Positions 36,801-45,386 of a DNA stretch of 64,000 nucleotides are shown piece after piece (positions within the stretch are counted from its first letter, which is position 1; the number at the start of each line of letters is the position of its first letter). The notes beneath the pieces were generated by a model. It was not told the DNA's origin and made no database searches. It saw only the letters and a program-made list of their open reading frames with translations. This DNA comes from Histomonas meleagridis 2922-C6/04-290x. Its lineage: Eukaryota > Protista > Parabasalia. Made by a program: the position numbers and the translations under genes. Where the stretch lies: NCBI GenBank assembly GCA_020184695.1, contig JAANOX010000136.1:124001-188000 (forward strand). The letters are read 5' to 3'.

Positions 36801-38600
36801 TTCTCTATAGTATATAATAGTTTTACTTATCATTTTAATTTAAATAATGAATATATTCAAAACACATTAAAAGATTATTTATCAACTGATAATATTCAAC
36901 GAATATTTGTTGAGTATATCATTAGTAATAATGATAATATTTTAAATATTTGTTCGATTTTATCGAAAATTATTTCTAATACAATGAACAAAATGTTACC
37001 TTATCAATTATATCTTCATTTCTTAAATAATACGAATTTACTTACATTAGAATTATATAATTCATTAATTGATATAATGTTATCAATTGAAAATTCGGAA
37101 ATAAGTCGATATTGGTTTGAATATTTAATTATTAATTGTAAGTTATGGCTAAATACTTCATTCTTCATCGAAATATTACGAAGTTGGGCTGAAACAAAAT
37201 TTGATTTATTTGTAAATTTATATAAAACGAATAATTATTCATTATATTTCTTATATCAATATATTGAGTTAATTCAAGATAAAACAAATCCAAAAATTAA
37301 CAAATATTTCATAATGTTAATTTCACGTTTAATATATAAAATTAATGATGAAAATATTTTATATCAAGTTACACAATTCTTATTAACATTTTTAGATAAT
37401 GAAAACTTAAAAACATTTTCATTACAAATAATTTATAATATTTCACGAAGAATTAATGTAATCACTAAAATTAAATTTGATAAAATATTGTTATATTTAA
37501 ATAATAATAATTTGTTACCTTTATTAACATTACATGAACTTTACAGCAAAAGTTTCCATAAATATATATATAAAATTAAAGATTATTTGGATGTAAATGA
37601 AGAATTGTTATATCAAATTGAAGAAAATATAATAAATTATCCAAATCTTTTATCTTTATCATGTTTAATGTCACTTGAATTAAAGAAATCAATTAATAAA
37701 ATACCAGAAATTACGATTAATCGTAATTATTGTATATCTGATTATTGGTTTATTACGCCGATTTTATGTTTAATTCATTGCAAAGAAGAAGTTTTACATC
37801 ATTTAATATCATTTATAGTTGATAAGTTATATGTTTCTAATTTTGTTCATTTGAAAGATGTTTTATTCTTATATAAGTCATTGATTTATTATAATTCTTA
37901 TCCGACATCGATTTTTTATGAGTTAATTTCATTGTTATGGGATAAAATATCAACATTAAATGATGAAGTTAATCAAATTAATCAACTTAAAGTAATTTTA
38001 TCATTTTTGTTTTATCAATTTGTATCTCATCCTAATGATACATATCATAACAAAATCAACAAATTATTTAAACAATATTATAATAATAAATCGAACATCA
38101 TAACCGAAAAGGAAAACAAAGAAATTATTTATGTACAAAATTTAAATGATATTATAAAATTATTTAATAATATGTTAAAGATCAAAGAAATAAAATTTTT
38201 CATTGATTTAGATGTGAAAATCGAAACAATTGTAACAAATATTAAAAACAAATTACAAATTCCTTTAGTGATACCAAAGAAATCAAATTTTTGGCCACTA
38301 CAAAGGTCAAATGATAAAGATAACATAGCAAAAGTCTTAGATAGCTTATTTACGAACAAGTCGAATGATTTCGGGTTTAAAGAAGATGCGCTTAAATTAA
38401 TACAAGAGAAAAACTTAATAATTCCGCCGACGTTTGATACGAACTTTAAATTAAAACTTCAAAACTTATTTGAAGAATGTAAAAACAGTAATACACAAAT
38501 TGAACAAAATGATTTTGGTAATAAATTTAATGATTTTATCGCAAAAGAATCAAAACGAATTAATAATTTACCGGAAAAAGTTTCGTCATCGAAAAATTAA
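33852..38600 (+). CDS. Large protein resembling the N-terminal part of a BEACH-family protein (includes a ConA/LamG-like segment)
   Basis: 1582-aa ORF; DFTISFWLK...WAHYLF...ISNLNIYNRLLTPEEI resembles the lectin-like domain of BEACH proteins; lies 14 nt upstream of a PH-BEACH-WD40 ORF. Confidence 0.65.
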   Translation: MTEPKFSKECLLNLIVFFKSCSQYQEIATCFNYDNVKLYSKQLLEAKDIFDIKNFLQTIEFKGKFDANLLNQYNDENTFPEFPHSLKIGIQLLSLICNDNPTEVASENLDYFLYFIQNCKNSELSNMFFMLLLDYFYRTHSSLNVGPIITIFNNKKNLSSSFYNYFLFFLKNSFNNNQKEILQLIKKVYKSKYEIVKNQKISPILEIIKASVLNFEPNALGAFSSISNTYIENEKQEEPKIIDEIFDEILNKFLNDVFEMFKEVNIEINEYKQIHEFPPEINIEDEEFTVEHIERNVFHDHFQFLPKELEVEPQKGFELIPNEIITFSNKFKQNFLDELSENNLKNLFGKLKNKVYYFSKDDSNWTKLILIYIYLLSQQSEIIKGFNFVLLQDEIFDSERTIYGPKSLNTNLNLIRTLIISSCYDFNDNSRITDFLLKKMNQIFILVEILNRIQMMPNIKFDNKLFKEISNVAKKLQIINAPLEVRNGLFSFIFSFLKRKDTFIKCIESEIFVNRFLYFIVEDGLTKPILAQVKNGFQFISSKNINMKTLIDFMKRFYIKCPFIRSNIFEFVIDIVQMYPYLTRSFNGFLDLMLKEFDKNPTKENAKYALTFLFYNCQLKYFELKFEHYKILINHSKFITFSYLINLLNGGNIDSNSLFIIKNSEILSLFLIIFSKSPKLLEKTLQTFLNLAEHSDHNIYMLSLGDIDSILLDYFQSNTISYKGITFTLNISNEIINEIIFPLLEIMIINYPSYRTTKKITNIIIQKNDQRFITFLEKELNYINSIPSPIIPFGTFKSFYRITGFQPIILMNDFTISFWLKADMQYLLESHSKMNLFSFIGNKQTFVVYIQRNIIYISLLDYNEDKRVAICTKLSKQWAHYLFMFQRVNETSLNISCYQNYEKLSDSIFYPIKLESPINFDICGYKRNENYFDEINQQYGLISNLNIYNRLLTPEEIYSLILRIGIPDDYVFTTIFLECQQPTFSIVYNSFTYHFNLNNEYIQNTLKDYLSTDNIQRIFVEYIISNNDNILNICSILSKIISNTMNKMLPYQLYLHFLNNTNLLTLELYNSLIDIMLSIENSEISRYWFEYLIINCKLWLNTSFFIEILRSWAETKFDLFVNLYKTNNYSLYFLYQYIELIQDKTNPKINKYFIMLISRLIYKINDENILYQVTQFLLTFLDNENLKTFSLQIIYNISRRINVITKIKFDKILLYLNNNNLLPLLTLHELYSKSFHKYIYKIKDYLDVNEELLYQIEENIINYPNLLSLSCLMSLELKKSINKIPEITINRNYCISDYWFITPILCLIHCKEEVLHHLISFIVDKLYVSNFVHLKDVLFLYKSLIYYNSYPTSIFYELISLLWDKISTLNDEVNQINQLKVILSFLFYQFVSHPNDTYHNKINKLFKQYYNNKSNIITEKENKEIIYVQNLNDIIKLFNNMLKIKEIKFFIDLDVKIETIVTNIKNKLQIPLVIPKKSNFWPLQRSNDKDNIAKVLDSLFTNKSNDFGFKEDALKLIQEKNLIIPPTFDTNFKLKLQNLFEECKNSNTQIEQNDFGNKFNDFIAKESKRINNLPEKVSSSKN

Positions 38601-38614
38601 GTCGAAGTTTCGTT

Positions 38615-40240
38615 ATGTGTAATAATTATTGTCCTTTGTTAAAATGTTATCGAAGAGAAAAATATAAAATTTCATTATTCGAATATAATAACAAAACAAT
38701 TGAAACTAATGCAAAGTTACAATGTTTTTATAATGATAAATTCATTCCAATTAACTTCCGAATTAAAGACGAAGAATTTTATATATCTTCGGATAAATCG
38801 ATTAAGTTTTCCAATGTTTTATTATTTGTTTCATTTAAGGAATCGATTGCATTTAAAGATTTTCAAATTTATATAATTACTAAAAATGGTTTTCAATATT
38901 TAATACTATTCGATAAATCTGATGAATATAATAAAGTAATTAATAAAATTATCCAATTGAAATTAAATACAAATAATAATTTCATCATCGAATTAAATCA
39001 ATTTATTGAAGTGATTAAACTCAAAAAAGATTTTTGGACTAAAAATATGTTATCGACATTTGAATACATTACATTTTTGAACTTTTTGATTGGAAGGAAT
39101 TACTTAAATAACGCATTTTACCCTTTGTTCCCAAATAACCAAAACAGTTCTGACAAAAAACTGCCAATTCCAACTTTTTCTAATGATCTATCGGAAGTAT
39201 TCAAAACAAACTTTTTCAACGAGGACGATAGTCAACGGTTTTTCACATTTCCAGAAAAATATTTCATGCTTGAAAATGATTCTTTTGAAGATGTTTATAG
39301 GAATAGAAAAGAATTAGAAAATAGAAGTGATATTCATTTATGGGTAAATGAGTTATTTAAGAAAACAATTCCAAATATTAATTATCTTCAAAATATTATT
39401 GTTGATGAAAATATTAAAAGAGAATCAAATGAATTAAATTTAAGTAATATAAAGAAAAAAAATTTGGATAAAACTTATTTCGTTTCATTTATGATAAACA
39501 AATATATATTTTACGTAACAAAAGATAAATTAATAGAATATTTTGATATATATGAAAATCAAACAATACAAATTTCACACAATAAATATTCGTCATTTCT
39601 GTTTACTGAACAAAAAGGTAAAGTGTTCGCTTACAATGGTCAAGAATTAAAAACTTTTCTTGGTCCAAATAAAACTCCAAGTGTCATAACCGCCAATTTT
39701 CAGAAGTTAATCGTATCGGAGATTGCGTACGTTAACCACCATTCAATTCTTAACGTTGGATTCTTAGGTGAAAAACCGTTAAATCAGTTCTTCCTAAGCG
39801 AAAAAGTGGCATGCTTAGCATCAAGCATTAAAAATAAGTTAATTGTAATAGGTTCCAATGATTGCAAAGTTAGAATTAGAGATATGAATGATGGAAAAAA
39901 GATTTCAACTTTTGATCTTGGAAATAGACTACCAAAGAAAATATTAATAACAAAAGAACTTGGAATGATTCTCATTTATGTTGAAAATGAGATAATAGTG
40001 TTAAGCCCTAATGGAAAACTTTTAAGAACTTTCAGTAATGCACCTTTAGTTAATCATTGGAAATCTATCACATGTCATAATGGAATAGACTATGTACTAA
40101 TGACAAGCAAAGGGAGGGTGTACTTGTTTGAAGCCATTCATCCTGAAGAAATGAAACCATTAGCAATTGATGAAACCAAATGTACACATGCAACATATGA
40201 CAAGGAAAACAACTGCTTCGTTTTAGTTGTTTCGAAGTGA
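38615..40240 (+). CDS. Degenerate PH-BEACH-WD40 protein
   Basis: WTKNMLSTFEYITFLNFLIGRNY...YPLFP matches the BEACH N-terminal motif; IHLWVNELF matches its C-terminal motif; WD40-like IVIGSNDCKVRIRD follows. Confidence 0.75.
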   Translation: MCNNYCPLLKCYRREKYKISLFEYNNKTIETNAKLQCFYNDKFIPINFRIKDEEFYISSDKSIKFSNVLLFVSFKESIAFKDFQIYIITKNGFQYLILFDKSDEYNKVINKIIQLKLNTNNNFIIELNQFIEVIKLKKDFWTKNMLSTFEYITFLNFLIGRNYLNNAFYPLFPNNQNSSDKKLPIPTFSNDLSEVFKTNFFNEDDSQRFFTFPEKYFMLENDSFEDVYRNRKELENRSDIHLWVNELFKKTIPNINYLQNIIVDENIKRESNELNLSNIKKKNLDKTYFVSFMINKYIFYVTKDKLIEYFDIYENQTIQISHNKYSSFLFTEQKGKVFAYNGQELKTFLGPNKTPSVITANFQKLIVSEIAYVNHHSILNVGFLGEKPLNQFFLSEKVACLASSIKNKLIVIGSNDCKVRIRDMNDGKKISTFDLGNRLPKKILITKELGMILIYVENEIIVLSPNGKLLRTFSNAPLVNHWKSITCHNGIDYVLMTSKGRVYLFEAIHPEEMKPLAIDETKCTHATYDKENNCFVLVVSK

Positions 40241-40405
40241 ATGAACAAAATAATGTGAGTAAAGTTATGAATCAGCAAATTACATTTCCAAAATATGACT
40301 CAAATTACATTTTTATGCGCTAAAAAACAAAGACACGTTGAGTGAAGCGTTTTAAATGTCATTTACGTTCATAAATTCCCTGATTGAAACTAATTAACGT
40401 AATCT

Positions 40406-41467
40406 TTAGAATTCAATGTGAATTAATATCTTGTTGCCTGCTTCGTTCTCGATAACAAATCCTTGTGGTTGGCCATCTTGATCAACTTCGACGTTGGTAA
40501 CAATGTAATCACCAATTGATGCAAATTCATCTTCGCCATCATCAGTGATAGTAAGGGCATTTCCTCTGATAAGATCAGCAACGAAGACAATGACCTTCTT
40601 AACAATGGTCCAAACCTTAGACCAGTTGATCTTATTGGTTACAGATTCTTCATCGAGTTCAAGGATCTTAGGGCAGATGACAACTTTGATACCTGTGTCG
40701 TTTTCAAGAACTATTTCACCAACAGAGCCATCATCGTTGAGCTTGAGATCGGATACTTGGAATCCATTGATAGAAAATTCTTCATCAGTTTCGTCAAAGA
40801 CTTCATCGATGAGTTCGAAGACCTTGGCAAGGAAGTTGACAACTTTCTTAAGACCTGACCAAAGTTTTGACCAGCTGAATTTGTTTGGTTCTTCAGATGG
40901 AATTACGTTTTGACCAATGGAAATTTCAATAGAAAGTTTGTTGCCACTTTCGTTTTGAAGCTGGAAACCTACTGGTTCATCATTATCATTAAGAGCAACA
41001 TCAGTGATTGTGAATTCACCAAAGGAGTAAACATCTTTATCACCATCGTACTTAAGGCTGTTGGATGATATAAGATCAGCAACAAAGAGGATAACCTTCT
41101 TGACAATATTCCAGATCTTGCTCCAATTCCACTTGTTGGAAGCTGGTTCAACAACAGCTGATGTGTCAATGTTTTGTGGGTTGATGGTAATTATGACATC
41201 GTCATCATTTTGAAGAACAATCTTAGTTACTTCATCATCATTAAATGTCAGGTCTACAACCTTGAAACCATTAAAGTAAAGTTCACCATTTTCATTTTCT
41301 TCGAAACTTTCTTCAATAAGGGTGAATACCTTAGCGAGGAAATTAACAACTTTTTTGAGACCGCTCCATAATTTTGACCAGCTGAACTTGTTGGGAGTTG
41401 ATTCGGCAGCAACTTCAGGGTAATAATCACCTGATACTAAGTAGGTAATTAATAAAACAACAAACAT
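40406..41467 (-). CDS. Secreted 353-aa protein with four cationic amphipathic helices alternating with acidic domains; candidate peptide-toxin precursor
   Basis: ATG 41467 MFVVLLITYLVSG signal-like peptide; (A-B)x2 internal duplication; strong AAG/ATC/TTC/AAC codon preference. Confidence 0.9.
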   Translation of the reverse strand: MFVVLLITYLVSGDYYPEVAAESTPNKFSWSKLWSGLKKVVNFLAKVFTLIEESFEENENGELYFNGFKVVDLTFNDDEVTKIVLQNDDDVIITINPQNIDTSAVVEPASNKWNWSKIWNIVKKVILFVADLISSNSLKYDGDKDVYSFGEFTITDVALNDNDEPVGFQLQNESGNKLSIEISIGQNVIPSEEPNKFSWSKLWSGLKKVVNFLAKVFELIDEVFDETDEEFSINGFQVSDLKLNDDGSVGEIVLENDTGIKVVICPKILELDEESVTNKINWSKVWTIVKKVIVFVADLIRGNALTITDDGEDEFASIGDYIVTNVEVDQDGQPQGFVIENEAGNKILIHIEF

Positions 41468-41975
41468 AATGTACCACAACCGCAACCGTTGTCATTTGCC
41501 ATGAAATTGAGAAAAAGATTTTAAGCTTTACGACGCAATTTGACGTTTATCGTTGGATTGAAAAAAACAATCGGTTTATCGGACATGATTTTTGTTACGA
41601 AAGACTTTTAGAAAAACTTGTTTGGTTTTTGAGTACAATGTTGTGTAGCATATCTATAAGATATGTTACAATATGATATTAAATAACAAATAACAATATT
41701 GTTAAAGATTGTACAATCGTTTAAGAGTTCATTCTTGATGTAAAAAAACAATCATCAAGAACAACTTTATGTACAATATCCTCTAGGGGATTTTATGCCA
41801 TCAGAATTTTTGTTGATAAAAAATAGTTTTTGGTGCAAAATTTTTATAAAAATCTTTTATTTTGCCGTTGATGGTATTCAAAAAGTTGCGTTTTGAAGTT
41901 TATGTGTAAACACACTGGATAGTTAAATTGGCAGGGTCTGTTCGAATTTAAGTAATTTGATATTTATTTATTAAA

Positions 41976-43240
41976 TTATATTTTAATTTTTCATCGTTTG
42001 TTTTATTAATATAAAATTTATTTATATTACTTAAAATTTATTTTATTGGCTTGAGATTTGTTAATATATTTCTCTGTTTATTTAAATGTTTTAGTATTTC
42101 TTTTTAGAATTTTATATTTACTTCAATAATTTTTTGTTTATTTTAATGTATTGAAGTTTATTTTATTAAATTAAAATTGAATTTAATGATTTAAAACTGC
42201 ACTTCATATAGCAATTTGTTTGAGTAATATAAATATGCTTAAATTACTTTTATAACAAAAGGAATCGATAATATTAATGCAAAGTATATTCATTTTAAGA
42301 ATTTGAAATTTGTATAAATAATTTAAAATTTGATTATATTATTTAATATTTATTTCTTTAATTTGATGTTAACTTTAAAGTTTTGTTGTTTATTTAACTT
42401 ATAATTTAGATTTTAATAAATGTTTTAATATTTTAAAATTCATTTTAATAACTTGAAATTTATTATAATGATTTGTAATTTATTATAATGATTTGAAACA
42501 GCACTTCATTTAGCATTAGAATCTAAAAACATTGAAATATTTAAGTTACTTTTAAATCAAAAAACAATTGATATTAATGCTAAAAATGTTTATTCACTAT
42601 AAATAATGTTTATTTTAATAATTTAGGAATTATAAAAACTATTTGGTCATCATTTATATTATTTGAGTCGGTAATTAATAATAATTTAGTAACAAGTCAT
42701 CCTGAATTATTCGAATCACTTAAAAATAAAGCACAACAAATTATGGAATTTATGAATGCTGTTAAATGAGTTAAATGTAATATTTTAAAATAATATTTGG
42801 AATTTATATAAATCATTTAACACTTATGGTAGCTTCTAAGTTTGGTAAAGTTGAAATATTAAAGATACTTCTTGAACAAGAAGAAATTGATGTTAATGCC
42901 AAAAATTTTGATTTATATTGTTTTACATTTGTTAAAATAATTTGAAATTTCTTTATAATATTTGGAAACTATGAAAATTATTTAATACAGCACTTCTGAT
43001 TGCAAATAAATCTGATAATACAGAAATTGTTAAATTACTTCTTGAACACAATGAAAATGATATATATACGAAAGATATTTTTATGTTTTGTTTAATATTA
43101 ATTTCAATAATTTAATATTTAAATTTAATGTTTGGAATTTATTATAAAATTTTAAAGACCCATTTGTAAATGCAGCTGAGAGTAAACAAATTGACATACT
43201 TCAAATGCTCATCAATAAAGCTCAAACACAAAATGAGTAA
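41976..43240 (+). pseudogene. Decayed ankyrin gene, locus 8, with expanded runs of 20-nt insert+codon modules
   Basis: Five ankyrin-like repeats with insert clusters; premature TAA near 42253 and TGA near 42767; 5-nt deletion at a TAL motif near 42822; no clear start. Confidence 0.7.
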
Positions 43241-43330
43241 ATTAAATCTTGACTAGATTTTATCTGTGTAAAGTATTTAATACTTTAGAGACCGTTAATT
43301 GTTTATCAGAGTTTTGTTTTATTTTGTAAA

Positions 43331-45019
43331 ATGTGCACTGCGTTTCCTTATGTGCACATGATTGATTTAATATCATTATTAAAAGAAATATGTTGTGATC
43401 TTAGTGATTATACTAATGATGATTCTGATTCGTTCCAATTAATGTCACAAGATTTTGATTATGTTTCTGAACTTATAATGTTACTTTTTTCAAGATGGCC
43501 GACAGGTATTACAAAAGAAATTATTCTTCAAGATATTCTAACACAAACACGTACAAATAAAAGCAAGCAACATATCAAGCCTGATGAAACACAACAATCC
43601 AAATTAATTGGTGAAGTAATGAGTATAATTCATTATACCAACACTGGTGCTGCTGTTATTAGTCTTCGTCAAGATGGTTATGAACAAACAATTAAAGTTG
43701 CAATTCATGGCTCTCAATATCCTTTTCTTAAGACATTCATTTCCGAAGGTCGTACTATATCATTTTCTAATGTACGATTTTGTAATGAATGTGTTATACC
43801 AAGTCAATTATGTGTTATTGATCTTACTCAAACCAAAAATGACATATCATTTATAATCCAAAGCACCCAATTTTCCACAATTAAAGGCATTAATTCACCA
43901 AATCCACCCGAATCAATACTTTTACGTGTTGAAGAACCTAATTCAAATGGTTTTACATTAACAGATGGCACCTCAGAGACCATTGATTTTGTTTTGAGCG
44001 CCGAAGCGATGTCATTTCGCGAGTTATTACGATTTGGCGATCTCTTAATTATTTACAAACCGTTAATCTCAACATTACCAAACGGCCTTAAATATTTACG
44101 CTTTGGTCCCAAGACTGTCTTTTTCCGAATTCCATTTGTCCAAACGTCAACATTTTCACAGATCTCTCAAACGCAACGATCATTTTCTCAACGGAACAAC
44201 GGATTAAGTTTCCGTAACTCCACAGCATGTAAATACATCCGTGGTACCATCGAAAAGATCGAAAATGAACATGATTCCGACATCTGGATATCGACCACAA
44301 TTCATTTGTTTGATGTTGAATCCAAAACGTATATTATCACTGCGCAAATTTCGGAGTTAACATTCGAAACTATCAAAGTATTAAAGTCAATTCGACAAAA
44401 TCATTTCGTCTGGATATTTGGCGCAATTGAAGTTAGTACAAAGAATTCGAACATTTTACGGATTAATAAAGAAACGAATATCTTTAACACATCGATTTTA
44501 TGTTCGCCGATTTCATCTGATTTCATTAAAACGCAGTCATTTGACGTCATTGATAACTATTGTACATTTGTAGCACGCGCTAACATAATAAAGATTTCAT
44601 GCAAAGTTGTAAATATACATAAAACTTGTAACAGTGCAACTTCCGGAAATTATTGCTCAATATGTAAATATAATACAAATTCATTAAGAAAAGATTTCTT
44701 GTTTAAAATAACTTTGGACGACGCAAGCTACACACAAATAACTGCGTACGGATTCAGCGTGATGTTCCCTTTCTGGGGAGTGCACATAGATAAATGGGAT
44801 AAGTTGTCGAAAGAAGAAAAAAGAAAAAATTTGAATTCATTGTGCGGTAAAGAATTCGTTTTCGTGCTGTCGAGGGGTAACGGAGTCGAGTTTGGCAAGT
44901 TCGATGATACACCGGTGTGGAGAATTGATCAGTGCTTGAACATGGTCGGCGATTTGGAAAGACAAGTGAAGCATTTGGTGGAATTCCATAAGAAACTTGA
45001 TCAAAAAGATAAAAAATGA
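43331..45019 (+). CDS. Multi-OB-fold ssDNA-binding-like protein with RPA1-C-type zinc ribbon
   Basis: C-terminal HKTC...YCSIC...FLFKITLDDAS resembles the Zn-containing OB fold of RPA70C-like domains. Confidence 0.55.
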   Translation: MCTAFPYVHMIDLISLLKEICCDLSDYTNDDSDSFQLMSQDFDYVSELIMLLFSRWPTGITKEIILQDILTQTRTNKSKQHIKPDETQQSKLIGEVMSIIHYTNTGAAVISLRQDGYEQTIKVAIHGSQYPFLKTFISEGRTISFSNVRFCNECVIPSQLCVIDLTQTKNDISFIIQSTQFSTIKGINSPNPPESILLRVEEPNSNGFTLTDGTSETIDFVLSAEAMSFRELLRFGDLLIIYKPLISTLPNGLKYLRFGPKTVFFRIPFVQTSTFSQISQTQRSFSQRNNGLSFRNSTACKYIRGTIEKIENEHDSDIWISTTIHLFDVESKTYIITAQISELTFETIKVLKSIRQNHFVWIFGAIEVSTKNSNILRINKETNIFNTSILCSPISSDFIKTQSFDVIDNYCTFVARANIIKISCKVVNIHKTCNSATSGNYCSICKYNTNSLRKDFLFKITLDDASYTQITAYGFSVMFPFWGVHIDKWDKLSKEEKRKNLNSLCGKEFVFVLSRGNGVEFGKFDDTPVWRIDQCLNMVGDLERQVKHLVEFHKKLDQKDKK

Positions 45020-45386
45020 AATTATGTTAATATAATAAATATGATTCTATAGAATTATTTGTTTAAATAATTATATGTTTTATGTTAAAAAATGAAACTT
45101 TTATTTTGGTAAACTGTAAAAATATATTTTTTTAAGATTTTGTTATTCAAATTTTCTCAAGTGTGTATGTAATACATATAAACATTTGTGGTACACCTTT
45201 AACTTTTTATAGTATTTTTTATCGAGTAGCAATTTCTTGCAAATTAATTCCATATTACTTATATACGAAGTTATGAAACATCATTCAATTGTTCATTTAC
45301 GAGATGAATACAAAAAATTTCTGCTGATATAATTTTATTTAAATAAAAATTACATTATCAATTTCATAAATTTTGCTAATAAATAT

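Noticed and set aside
20045-42260. Stop-codon reassignment, suggested by TAA at expected Glu positions (20045, 28281, 28651, 42253)
   Set aside because: These occur only in repeats that also carry deletions or frameshifts; GAA>TAA is a single change; intact genes end normally in TAA/TAG/TGA and long ORFs have no internal stops.
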